From: an uncultured Actinomycetes bacterium
GTDB taxonomy: Bacteria > Actinomycetota > Thermoleophilia > RBG-16-64-13
Reading direction: 5' to 3'
Assembly (NCBI GenBank): GCA_963706025.1
Contig: CAVPLM010000005.1
Location: 928,001-992,000 of the forward strand
DNA: 64,000 nucleotides
Part shown: positions 49,367-58,981 of the stretch, piece by piece
Layout: each line of letters opens with the position of its first letter
Numbering within the stretch: position 1 is the first letter of the stretch
Position numbers and translations under genes: made by a program
Notes under the pieces: generated by a model
What the model was told of the DNA's origin: nothing
Databases searched by the model: none
The model's input: the letters and a program-made list of their open reading frames with translations, nothing else

Positions 49367-49851
49367 TCAGCCTCCTGGTAGGCGGTGAGAAGGGTGGCGG
49401 CCACCTTGGCTTTGCGGTCAAGGATGCCCTCGTCGCTGTCCGCGAAAGTAAGTGCGCCCGCGGCGCAGAACTTGACGCACTGCGGCACTCCGTCGCAGAG
49501 GTCGCACTTCTCGGCATAGCCCTCGTCCATGACCGTGATGCAACCATACGGGCAGGCCAGCGCGCACATCCTGCAACCCACGCAGCGGTCCTTGTTCACG
49601 GTCACCACCGTGGCTCCGGTGAGGGCGTTGATTCCCTTGCTTATGGCCCCCGAGGGGCAGATACGCGCGCACCAAGCATCCTCGCATTGGCGGCACAGCA
49701 CCGGGATAGAGACCTCCTGCTCCAAGAAGATGGTCTTGTGGATCCGAGCCTTGGAGGGGTTGAACTCACCCTTGTGCTTGAAGGAGCACCACAGCTCACA
49801 GCTACCGCACCCGGTGCACTTCTCGATGTTTACATTGATCATCTTGGTCAT
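49363..49851 (-). CDS. 4Fe-4S dicluster subunit (AOR small subunit)
   Basis: CTGCGSCELWC, CRQC...C..ICP, CVGCRMCALACP, KCDLC...PQCV.FC; overlaps the aor start. Confidence 0.92.
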   Translation of the reverse strand: MTKMINVNIEKCTGCGSCELWCSFKHKGEFNPSKARIHKTIFLEQEVSIPVLCRQCEDAWCARICPSGAISKGINALTGATVVTVNKDRCVGCRMCALACPYGCITVMDEGYAEKCDLCDGVPQCVKFCAAGALTFADSDEGILDRKAKVAATLLTAYQEAE

Positions 49852-49897
49852 GCCTCAACCTCCTGCGAAGACTTGCACGACATGGCCGGCCCCAACC

Positions 49898-50191
49898 TCA
49901 ACCCCCGGCCGTGGGAAGAAACACCGTGACCAGATCGCCGTCGTGAAGCGACGTGTCCAAACGCTCCGCGAAAGCGATGTTCCTACCATTCACCAGCACA
50001 TTGACCCCGGGCCTGACGGAACCCGGCTGCGCGTATATGGTCTGCGTCTGCTCGGGCGTGGTGCATATGAAGCCCAAGAGATCGCCGGCGGTGCGCGCCC
50101 GGGCAAGATCGAGGCTCATCTCCGTCTGCCGAAAGACGTCCTTCAAGCTGCCAAGAAACCTCACCGTCACTTTGCCGTTGGCGGCTTCCAT
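49898..50191 (-). CDS. moaD: MoaD/ThiS sulfur carrier
   Basis: VLVNGRNI, L.DGD.V...P..GG C-terminus. Confidence 0.88.
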   Translation of the reverse strand: MEAANGKVTVRFLGSLKDVFRQTEMSLDLARARTAGDLLGFICTTPEQTQTIYAQPGSVRPGVNVLVNGRNIAFAERLDTSLHDGDLVTVFLPTAGG

Positions 50192-50208
50192 CGATACGCT
50201 GATCGCTC

Positions 50209-51027
50209 CTAATCGCTTCGGGATCCGGCATCAGGTGGGGTCATCGTAGTAGCGCCGTCCGAACCAGGATACCACCCGTGAGCCGGGGTATGCGCCGGGC
50301 TGGCCGTATCGTCCTCGGTCGTGGCCAGCCCCAGATATGCCCTCCTGACGTGCTCGTTGTCTTGCAGGTGCTTGGCGTCGTCCGCCAGAGTGATGACGCC
50401 CGTCTCCATGACGTAGCCCTTGTCGGCGATCTTGAGAGCCATGCTGGCGTTCTGCTCTATGAGAAGGATCGAGACACCCTCAGTGGCGATGCGGGCGATG
50501 ATCTCCCCCACTTCCTGCGTGACCAGGGGCGACAGACCAAGAGAGGGTTCGTCCAGCAGTAGGAGTTTGGGGGCGCACATCAACCCTCTGCCGATGGCGA
50601 GCATCTGCTGCTCCCCACCGCTCAAGGCCGAGGCGAGCCGGCGCGCTGCCTTTTTCAACACGGGAAAGTACTCGTAGATCTTCTCCAGATCGCTGGCTAT
50701 ACCGGCCTTGTCCCTTCTGAGATAGGCGCCGGTGAAGAGGTTGTCGTAGACACTCATTTCCAGAAACAGCCTCTTGCCTTCTGGAACGTGACCGATGCCC
50801 AACCCCACCACTTTGTCCGGTTTCATCCCATCGATTCTCTTATCCTCATACCAGATCTCCCCCGCCGAAAGCCGTACCAGACCCGAGATCGCCTTCAAGC
50901 AGGTGCTCTTGCCCGCGCCGTTGGACCCGATAAGAGTGGTGATGCTCCCGGCGGCGACTTCCAGAGAGATCCCCTTGAGCGCCCTGACCCCGCCGTAGCG
51001 CACCTCTACGTTCTTCAAGCTGAGCAT
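50209..51027 (-). CDS. livF: ABC ATPase (LivF family)
   Basis: GSNGAGKS, VPEG.RLF, LSGGEQQM, DEPSLGL. Confidence 0.93.
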   Translation of the reverse strand: MLSLKNVEVRYGGVRALKGISLEVAAGSITTLIGSNGAGKSTCLKAISGLVRLSAGEIWYEDKRIDGMKPDKVVGLGIGHVPEGKRLFLEMSVYDNLFTGAYLRRDKAGIASDLEKIYEYFPVLKKAARRLASALSGGEQQMLAIGRGLMCAPKLLLLDEPSLGLSPLVTQEVGEIIARIATEGVSILLIEQNASMALKIADKGYVMETGVITLADDAKHLQDNEHVRRAYLGLATTEDDTASPAHTPAHGWYPGSDGATTMTPPDAGSRSD

Positions 51028-51030
51028 GCC

Positions 51031-51789
51031 TTAGCTCCTACCCAGGTAGGCTTCTATTACTTCTTGATGGGAGCAGACATGATCGGGGCTGCCCTGGCAG
51101 ATCTTCCGGCCGAAGTTGATCACCGTGATCTCCTCGCAGGTGCTCATGACCGCCTTCATGTCGTGCTCCACCAACAAGATGGTTATACCGGTGTCGCGCA
51201 GATGCTTGATGCGTTCCATCATGTCTTTGGTCTCGCTCGGGTTCATACCGGTGACCGGCTCGTCGAGCAGCAGCATCTTCGGTTCGGTAGCCAGGGCCAT
51301 GGCCACCCCCAGAGCTTCCTGGTGACCATGCGGCAAAGACCCAGAGATCTCGTCCTTCACATGGGCTATCCCCATGGCTTCCAGTATGGCGACGGATTTC
51401 TCCTCGATCTCCCTGTCTCGCCGCTTTGTACCTCGGGTCATGAGGTACTGCTTGACGAGCCCCATCCCCGTGTGGAGATGACAGGCCATGACCACATTCT
51501 GGAGGGCAGTCATATCCCGAAAGAGGTTGGTAAGTTGAAAGGTGCGGGCCATCCCTCTGCTGGCCACCATGTGTGGCGGTTGCCCGGTTATGTCCTCTCC
51601 CTGCCAGATCACCTTGCCTCTGGTGGGGTGGAGAAAACCGGTTATGCAATTGAACACGGTGGTCTTGCCGGAGCCGTTGGGGCCGATCAGACCCCGGATC
51701 TCGCCCTCCTCGATGCTCATGTCGAGATCGTCGACCGCCACCAGTTCTCCGAACTGCTTCCTCAGACCTTGTAGCTCGAGAATGGCCAT
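51031..51789 (-). CDS. livG: ABC ATPase (LivG family)
   Basis: GPNGSGKTT, ARTFQ, LDEP, VEHDM, VIEAYLG. Confidence 0.93.
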   Translation of the reverse strand: MAILELQGLRKQFGELVAVDDLDMSIEEGEIRGLIGPNGSGKTTVFNCITGFLHPTRGKVIWQGEDITGQPPHMVASRGMARTFQLTNLFRDMTALQNVVMACHLHTGMGLVKQYLMTRGTKRRDREIEEKSVAILEAMGIAHVKDEISGSLPHGHQEALGVAMALATEPKMLLLDEPVTGMNPSETKDMMERIKHLRDTGITILLVEHDMKAVMSTCEEITVINFGRKICQGSPDHVCSHQEVIEAYLGRS

Positions 51790-52805
51790 CAGTCCTGCTC
51801 CTCCGTCGTCACATTCTCGGGCGTCGTCGAATCCTCAGACGCCTTGCCCCCATCCTGTCTTCGCCGGTACCAGGACTGTAGCCGCTTGGGCACGCCCTCG
51901 AGGCCCTCCGGCAAGAAGAGCAGAGTCAATATCAGGATGGCGCCGTAGAACATGGGCAGCCATTCCGCCAGAGGGTCGAGGAGTTGATCTATCAGCGTAA
52001 GCACGGATACCCCTATGATGGGACCGGCGAAGGTGCCCGTACCCCCGAACACCACCCACACCAGGAGATACAGGGTGGGGGTGAAGCCGAACTGGTTGGG
52101 TGAGATGGCCCACATGCGATGGACCAGGATGACCCCCGCAACCCCGGCGAAGAAACCACCGATCACGAAGACCAGCATCTTGTACTTGACCACGTTTATG
52201 CCTAGGGCCCTGGCCAGACTCTTCTGAGAATGGATGGCATGGAAGGTGGCTCCTATGCGGGATCGGCACACGCGGTACATGAGCCACAGGCAGACTGCCG
52301 TTATCAACAGCGCCAAGAAGTAGTACGGGATGGGCCGGCTGAAATCGACCGCTCCGATGGACCCCGGATCGGGGATGTTCGCCAAGCCCGTGTGGCCCCC
52401 GAAAGGCTGCCTGAACCTGGTCCAGCACAGCCGCATTGCTTCCCCGGCGGCATAGGAGGCTATGAAGAAGGAGAAACCCGTTGTACGGGAGAGGGGAACG
52501 CTCATGATCAACGCGATGACTCCCGCGATGATCGCCGACAGCAGCAGGCTGGGCCAGAATGGCCAGCCCAGGGTCCCCGTGATCAGGGCGCTCGCGTAGG
52601 CGCCTGCGCCCATCAGGGGCAGGTGGGCCAGCGACCAGTCGCCGATTATGGTGATGAGGCGGAAGCTCGACACCAGAATGATGTTGACGAACAGCATGGT
52701 CAGCAGGTCGACGTAGTAGTGACTTAGTAGGAAGGGCAGCACCGCGCCAACGACCGCGAGGACGACCAGAATAAGTGTGGTAGTTAGTGTTTTGCTATTC
52801 CGCAT
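51789..52805 (-). CDS. livM: ABC permease (LivM family)
   Basis: Hydrophobic; SLAH...MGAGAY, GG..G, SRIG, GG.GT..GP..G, LPEGL. Confidence 0.9.
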   Translation of the reverse strand: MRNSKTLTTTLILVVLAVVGAVLPFLLSHYYVDLLTMLFVNIILVSSFRLITIIGDWSLAHLPLMGAGAYASALITGTLGWPFWPSLLLSAIIAGVIALIMSVPLSRTTGFSFFIASYAAGEAMRLCWTRFRQPFGGHTGLANIPDPGSIGAVDFSRPIPYYFLALLITAVCLWLMYRVCRSRIGATFHAIHSQKSLARALGINVVKYKMLVFVIGGFFAGVAGVILVHRMWAISPNQFGFTPTLYLLVWVVFGGTGTFAGPIIGVSVLTLIDQLLDPLAEWLPMFYGAILILTLLFLPEGLEGVPKRLQSWYRRRQDGGKASEDSTTPENVTTEEQD

Positions 52806-53652
52806 GGCCCAACAACCCTTGAGGTCTGACGGCCAGGAATACCAGCAGGAAGACCGTGATCAACAAGTTGGAGATGGTGGAATCGAACACCGTCGTCAAG
52901 ATGGTGTCGAGAAAACCGAACAAGGCGGAGGCCAAAATGGCCCCCTTCAGGTTGCCCTGTCCGCCTATGATCACGATGACGAAGGCCATCCAGATGACCA
53001 TCCCGCCCATGTAGGGATAGACGGACATGACAGGAGCCATCAGGGCGCCGGCCGCCCCTGCCATAGCGCATCCGATCAGCATGGCGATGGCCGAGGCCCG
53101 GTTGACGCTTATGCCCTGGAGTGCGGCCGCCGTTGCGTCCTGGGCGGACGCCCGGAGGGCCCGGCCTATCCGGGTCCGATTGAGGAAGAGTATGAGAATG
53201 GCGATAAGGACGATCGCTCCAACGAATACCATGATCCTCTGAACGTCGACGCTCACACCACCGACGCGGACGACCTCGCCCTTGTACGGAGCCGGGACCC
53301 TCTTCATCTTGCCGACGCCCCACAACCGCCCCACGGCGACCTGCAGGATGAACACGAGCCCTATGGAAGCGATGAAGCCGGGGATCAACTGACCGCGCAG
53401 CGGCCTGAAGATGATTCTCTCGGTGACTGCGCCCAGGATCCCTACGAGGACGATGCCCATCACGAGCGCCGCGAAATACGGCCAGGAGTTGCGGGCATAG
53501 AGGACATAGATCGCGTAGGCTCCCAGCATGTAGAACTCGCCGTGGGCGAAGTTCACGATCTTCATGACGCCGAACACCAGCGTAAGTCCCACGGCCACGA
53601 GAGCGTAGAAGGCGCTGGTTATGAGGGCATTGGCTATTGTCTGACCAATCAT
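52795..53652 (-). CDS. livH: ABC permease (LivH family)
   Basis: YALVAVGLTLVFGVM.IVNFAHGE, GRALRA, RPQGLLG. Confidence 0.93.
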   Translation of the reverse strand: MIGQTIANALITSAFYALVAVGLTLVFGVMKIVNFAHGEFYMLGAYAIYVLYARNSWPYFAALVMGIVLVGILGAVTERIIFRPLRGQLIPGFIASIGLVFILQVAVGRLWGVGKMKRVPAPYKGEVVRVGGVSVDVQRIMVFVGAIVLIAILILFLNRTRIGRALRASAQDATAAALQGISVNRASAIAMLIGCAMAGAAGALMAPVMSVYPYMGGMVIWMAFVIVIIGGQGNLKGAILASALFGFLDTILTTVFDSTISNLLITVFLLVFLAVRPQGLLGHAE

Positions 53653-53736
53653 GTTTCTTCTCGATCTTATTACGTCTTGGCAAGAATCAAGCTGTCACGC
53701 GCCTTTCTGCTACCGGCAGGAGCAGAACACCAGATT

Positions 53737-53768
53737 GGTGGCTGGACCGCTGTCGCGACCCAGCCACC
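53737..53768. terminator. Hairpin between livK and livH (second cluster)
   Basis: GGTGGCTGG ... CCAGCCACC, 9-bp arms. Confidence 0.5.
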
Positions 53769-53803
53769 CATATTCTTCTTCCGAGGCCGTTGCTCCGCCG
53801 CTA

Positions 53804-55188
53804 CTACTGGACCGACAGATTCCATTTCACGAGGTATTTCTCAAGAATCGCCGCGTTGTCGCCCTCTGCCATCCACTCGTTGATGTTTTTCCAGCCCTCG
53901 ATGGCCGGTTTCCCATCGCGGATCACGGTCATGGGCACCGTGGGGGCGAGGAGTTGGTCGATGCCGAAGTACGCCATGCCTGTCCAGTTCCCGGTCCCGA
54001 ACGACCGCGGAACATCCTTTCCGGCCCGCAGCGCCTGGCTGACCGCTTCCCCGTCGATGCTGCCCGCCTGCTGCGCGGCCCACACCCAGACGTCAAGCGC
54101 CGAGGCGTATTCCCAGGTGATCTCCGAGTACGAGCTGTCGGGGTACTCCGCTTTCCATACATCCCAGAATTCCTGGTAGGTCTTGCCGGCGGCAAAAACG
54201 CCTTTTCCAGCTTCGGATCGTCGAAGTCCGGGAAGTTGGACACCGAGCCTTCCATGAACTCCTTCGGGACTTTGGCCAGGATGGCGCCGAAGTCCCAACA
54301 GGCGGAGGTTATGATGCCTTCCCACCCCTGCAGGTAGGCCTGCTCGCAGATCAGTGCTTGATACTCGGGGTAGCAGGCTCCCAGGTTGATGATGTCGGGT
54401 TCACTGGCCAGCACCTTGGTCACGATCTGGGCGAAGTCGGTGGTATCCAGCGAGAAGGGTTCGTCGTACACCACTTCAAGGCCGTCAACTTCGGCCCCGG
54501 CCTCAGACCAAGCGACGGCGGCGATGCCGATCTCATCGTCCTGAGAGAGGATGGCCATCTTCTTCGCGTCCGGATACGTCTCCTTGATATAGCGCACGTT
54601 AAGTGCATGATAGGTGGGGAAGTTGTCCGTCACGGCGAACAGATAAGGCCTGTCCGCTTTCAAGTCCTGTGCGATGAGCGTGAACGAGGGGATCTTCTGC
54701 TCGGTCAGGAACGGTGCCATGGAGGCGCTGGTGGCTCCCCCTAGGTCGAGGATCAACGAACACCCGTCCTCCAACACCAGTTTCCGGGCACCGAGCAGAG
54801 CCTCGTCGGGGATGGCCTGGTTGTCATACTCGACGATCTCGAACGTATAGGTCGTGTCGCCGATCTTCACCCCGCCGGCTTCGTTGTACCAGTTGGTCAC
54901 GATCGTCAGACCTTCCATGCCGGGCAGGCCCCACGCCGCAGCCCCTCCGGTCAGGGGGGCGTTCATGCCGACCTTCACGACTCCGGTCGCACCTGCTGCC
55001 GTTGTCTCGGTCGGCGCTGCGGTCGTCTCGGTCGGCGCTGCGGTCGTCTCGGTCGGCGCCGCGGTCGTCTCGGTCGGCGCTGCGGTCGTCTCGGTTTCCT
55101 CTTCTCCACAAGCGGCCAACATTAGCCCAAGCACCAGCATCAGGCCAAGAGCTATCACGATGAGTTTGTAGCTGCTTACCTTGCGCAT
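53804..55188 (-). CDS. livK: Liv-type substrate-binding lipoprotein; frameshift near 54205 (A-run on the coding strand)
   Basis: Lipobox LAAC, KVG..APLTG, N..GG, DTTDF; C-terminus continues in ORF 53804-54325. Confidence 0.88.
54995..55095 (-). repeat. 21-bp tandem repeat encoding the (TETTAAP)4-TETTAAG linker
   Basis: GTCTCGGTCGGCGCTGCGGTC units on the + strand. Confidence 0.9.
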
Positions 55189-55256
55189 CTTCCCTCCCTA
55201 ATACGTCACTCCGTTACGGACTGAGTACCCCTGCGCCAAGCACTGTTTCCAGATGA

Positions 55257-55282
55257 CTACCTCCTTCTGACCTCCCAGGTCT
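55257..55282 (-). promoter_or_regulatory. Second livK leader: hairpin plus AAGGAGGTAG
   Basis: GACCT-GGG-AGGTC followed by AAGGAGGTAG (55266-55257), 69 nt upstream of the ATG. Confidence 0.45.
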
Positions 55283-55607
55283 GTTATCGCGCGCTTGCCC
55301 ATGAGCGTCCAACCAGGCCGAGCAGATCGAATCGGCTGAGACACGTCATAACTGGGAAGAGGAGGATCGAAAATGGTGCGCGCGCACGGCAGTGACGCGA
55401 GTCGGAGCAGTTGCTGCCTGTCTGCGACGACGATCATCGCCCCTCCCCCTCAGACGCTCCTGCGACATGAATCACCTGACGGCAGTCCCACAATAGTCCT
55501 TCTCGTTGTGTTTTGTCTACCCCCCGGGAGAGGAACTCCTAGCCGCCCGCGGCGCCGCGTTCCAGAGTCCCGGACACTTGGTGAGAGAACCGGAGGTGCA
55601 GTACCGT

Positions 55608-56016
55608 ATGCCCATGTGGACAGGCCGGCAGCTCCTGACCTCGTACAACAATGGAAAGGGCGGCGTTGTCTCTGTGCTCGCCGAGACCTCGATCGGCGTC
55701 ACGTTCGACGAACGCGGCGACCTGGGCGGCCTTGCGGGCTGCAACTCGTTCTGGGGAGCCTACACCACGGACGGCGACACGCTCTCGATCAGCTCCCTCG
55801 ATTCCACCAACCTGTCCTGCACGGAGCCGGCAGGCATAATGGAGCAGGAGGCGGCGTACCTGAGCGCGTTGCGCGACGCCGCCACGTTCAGATACCAGGG
55901 GGGACGCGCTCGAGCTGAGAGCGGCGGACGGGGCTCTCGTCGCCTCGTACGAAGCCTGGAAAGCACCTCCCGGCGGGCTGTTTCATGGTGGTTCCCCGCA
56001 ACCGACCTCGCCGTAG
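55608..56016 (+). pseudogene. Degenerate META-domain paralog without signal peptide, frameshift near 55900
   Basis: LTSY..G.GG.VSVL...GLAGCNSFWG.Y...T.LSCTEPAGIMEQE, close copy of 56115-56594; tail GDALELR...SYEAW.PPGG lies in another frame. Confidence 0.7.
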
Positions 56017-56114
56017 GTGGGTTGGGCCGGGTGAAGTGCTGTAATCTATGAAGTCACTTTTGGCCGTCGAAGGCGATGGGGGTAGACGGCCGATGAACGA
56101 TTGGGGGATCATCC

Positions 56115-56594
56115 ATGAACGGCAAACAGCTGTTGGCACTGCTCAGAGCAGCCGTCGTGCTGGGTGCTCTGTTCGCGGTCGTCTTCTCCTTGGGTTGTGC
56201 CTCCACTGAGCCGGAGTCCGGCGCCGCGCTGCCCGGCACTTCCTGGGTGCTGAGCTCCTACGGAGACGGGAACGGTGGGCTGGTCTCAGTGCTCGAGGAC
56301 ACCCGTGTCAGCATCGCCTTCTCCGATAACGGGGACCTGGCCGGCTTGGCCGGCTGCAACTCGTATTGGGGCACTTACGCCACCGAGGACGACGAGCTGT
56401 CGATCGAATCGCTTGATTCCACTTCCTTGTCCTGCACAGAGCCGGCGGGCGTCATGGAGCAGGAGAAGGCTTGCCTGCAGGCCTTGCGAGATGCCGCCAC
56501 TTTCGAGATCGAGGGGGACACGCTCGAGCTGCGATCGGACGACGGAAGCCTCCTTGCCTCGTACGACGCCTGGAACCTGCCGCCGGGTGGCTGA
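56115..56594 (+). CDS. META-domain (HslJ-like) lipoprotein
   Basis: Lipobox SLGC, GTSWVL, G.AGCN.Y.G.Y, C..P.GVMEQE, GDTLEL. Confidence 0.88.
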   Translation: MNGKQLLALLRAAVVLGALFAVVFSLGCASTEPESGAALPGTSWVLSSYGDGNGGLVSVLEDTRVSIAFSDNGDLAGLAGCNSYWGTYATEDDELSIESLDSTSLSCTEPAGVMEQEKACLQALRDAATFEIEGDTLELRSDDGSLLASYDAWNLPPGG

Positions 56595-56810
56595 TTCCGG
56601 TGCCTTGCCGAGTAGGTCCTACTCGCAACTCATAGTAAGCAGCGCCCCGGCGGCGCGGCAGGCATCCCTGCAGGCCGGCCCGGAGCGGTCTCCAACCAGC
56701 AGCCGGATTGCGCCGCGAATCGTAGACGGGGTACGATAGCCTCATCGGCCACGGCCTTGCCGCCCCGGCACCCGGCCCGATCCCTAGCCCCCGAGCCCCC
56801 GACCTGGGCC

Positions 56811-57122
56811 CTAGCCCCCCGCGATCGGCGGGAATATCGCGACCTCGTCTCCGTCGTGGAGCGTGGCGCCGGCGCCACCCAAGAACGCGATGTTGTGACC
56901 GTTGAGCAAGACGAGGAACCCTTCCCTGATGCCTCCGGACTCGTCAAGGAGCCCATGTCTTTGCTCCGGAGTGGTGCAGAGTGCCTCGAGGAGCCGCCCT
57001 ATGTCCGCCGCTTGCCCAATGGCAACGCGGGACTCCTTCTGCCCGAAGAGGTACCTGAGCCCGGCGAACAGCCTGACCGTGACGCCGGTGTCGTGACTGT
57101 TCTCGCCCGCCTGCATGGTCAT
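56811..57122 (-). CDS. moaD: MoaD/ThiS sulfur carrier
   Basis: VRLFAGLR, LLNG.NI, L.DGDEVAIFPPIAGG. Confidence 0.9.
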   Translation of the reverse strand: MTMQAGENSHDTGVTVRLFAGLRYLFGQKESRVAIGQAADIGRLLEALCTTPEQRHGLLDESGGIREGFLVLLNGHNIAFLGGAGATLHDGDEVAIFPPIAGG

Positions 57123-58981
57123 TCTCTACGGCTCAGAGCCGTCGAGGGCAGGCCATCGATCGCCACCACGGTGGGCTCGTCGAGGGGCGCCGCGATCCCC
57201 AGTTCGCCGAGCTTCTCTGAAGTCGGTCTGCCGTCAGAGTCCCAACCGCGAAGCCCGTAGTACTCATCGAGCATCGGCAGCAGATCGACCACGCGGCCTT
57301 TCGAGGGACCTTCGGCGACCGGCTCGAAGAGCAGGCGCGGCGGCAAGGTATCGTCCGCACGGGTGAAACCGGCGCGGAGATTGAAAAGCCGCTCTAGGTT
57401 CCAGATACGCTCACCCGTCTCCAGGAGCTCGCGCGTTTCTACAGTCTCGCCCGTGACCGCGGAGAGCAGCCGAGCGAAGTGGTCTTCCTTCATGACATAG
57501 GCGGCGAACTTACACTCCAGAAGTGAGTCGAGCACGGCGTTGAGGTTCTGCAGGTGTATGAGCAGGGCGGCCTTACCGTGGACGGCGAAGCGGTCCACCA
57601 GCTCGGGCACACCGAAGATCTCCGGCCCCAGCATGTTGGCCCGCGCGTGACACGCGCCCCGGTTAGAGGTGGCGAAGGCTAGGCCTTGGCCGCTCATCCC
57701 ACGAGGATCGAAGGCCGGGATCTCGAGTCCCTTCACCTGCATTGCCAGCTCGGGACGCCCATAGCGGACGGCCAGGCGGCGACTGCCCTCGGCGAGCTCA
57801 TCGCCCAGGTCGCGCCGGTAGGCGGTGGCAGAGATGAGTTCGCGTAGCGCTGCCGCATCCCCGAAGCGCGGTCCGCCCCTCAGCACGCCCTCTTCGGCAA
57901 GCTCCATCGCACAGGCGATGGTGGCTCCCATAGTCATGGTATCGAGGCCCAAGCGGTTGCAGGCATGGTTGGCCTCCACGACGGCGCCGAGGTCGCCGAC
58001 ACCGCAGTCGGGACCCAACGCCCAAAGGCTTTCGTACTCGGGACCCTGAGTCGCGCCGCTCGCCGAGCGCGTGCGCCGGGCGCAGCCGATGAAGCAGCCG
58101 GTGCAGGCGGCGCGTTTCCTCACGAAGTCGGTGCGGAGCGCCTCGCCGCTGACGAGCTCGGCCGACTCGAACCGCGAGGCGCGGAAGTTGCGGGTCGGCA
58201 GAGCTCCCACTTGATCGAGAACGTTCAGAAGCACCGAGGTGCCGAACTCGGGTAGAGCCTGGCTGGTGATGGGGTTCGTCCTCAGCAAGGCGCGGGCCTC
58301 GGACACCACGAGGTCGAAGCTCCGTCTGTCTGCCGGCCCGGGCGACAAGCCGCTGCCCTCACCTAGTACCACGGCCTTGAGGAGCTTGGCGCCCATCACG
58401 GCGCCCAGACCGCCGCGGCCGATCTGTCGACCGCGATTGTTGGCGACCGAGGCGAATAGGACCCCTCGCTCCCCGGCCGGGCCGATCACGGCCGCTTCTA
58501 CGCGGCCGTGAAGCTCCCGCAGCCGGGCGAGCGTGGCCGGCACGTCGAGACCCCACAACTCCTGGGCGGGAAGCACGCGTATGCCATCGTCACCGATGAA
58601 GAGGTAGGAGGGTTCGCCGCAGGCACCGGTGATGACAAGGTAGTCGAGCCCGAGGCGACGCAAAGCCATACCGAAGCCGCCACCTGAGTTCCCGTCGAAG
58701 ATCGTACCGGTGAGCGGGGAGCGGGAACTGAGGCTGTAGCGCGCGGCCGAGGGCGCGCCGCTACCGGTCAGTGGTCCGATGGCAAATACGAGCGGATTGC
58801 CGGGCGCGAGCGGCTCCACTTCGTACATGCCTTCGCTCAGCAGCAGGTACGCGCCCAATCCTCGACCGCCAACCACCGCGCGCCGAACGTGCGGAGGCAG
58901 CTCCTCGCGCGCCGCGCTGCCCGCCGACAAGTCCACGCGCAAGCCGCGGAGCGCATGGCGATCCGTCTCCGTCACAGTCAT
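57119..58981 (-). CDS. aor: Tungsten aldehyde:ferredoxin oxidoreductase (second copy)
   Basis: RSPLTG, IGPAGE, GRGGLGAVMG.K, CTGCFIGC, PEYES, RGACH, YY.LRGWD; start trimmed to MTVTE. Confidence 0.93.
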   Translation of the reverse strand: MTVTETDRHALRGLRVDLSAGSAAREELPPHVRRAVVGGRGLGAYLLLSEGMYEVEPLAPGNPLVFAIGPLTGSGAPSAARYSLSSRSPLTGTIFDGNSGGGFGMALRRLGLDYLVITGACGEPSYLFIGDDGIRVLPAQELWGLDVPATLARLRELHGRVEAAVIGPAGERGVLFASVANNRGRQIGRGGLGAVMGAKLLKAVVLGEGSGLSPGPADRRSFDLVVSEARALLRTNPITSQALPEFGTSVLLNVLDQVGALPTRNFRASRFESAELVSGEALRTDFVRKRAACTGCFIGCARRTRSASGATQGPEYESLWALGPDCGVGDLGAVVEANHACNRLGLDTMTMGATIACAMELAEEGVLRGGPRFGDAAALRELISATAYRRDLGDELAEGSRRLAVRYGRPELAMQVKGLEIPAFDPRGMSGQGLAFATSNRGACHARANMLGPEIFGVPELVDRFAVHGKAALLIHLQNLNAVLDSLLECKFAAYVMKEDHFARLLSAVTGETVETRELLETGERIWNLERLFNLRAGFTRADDTLPPRLLFEPVAEGPSKGRVVDLLPMLDEYYGLRGWDSDGRPTSEKLGELGIAAPLDEPTVVAIDGLPSTALSRRE

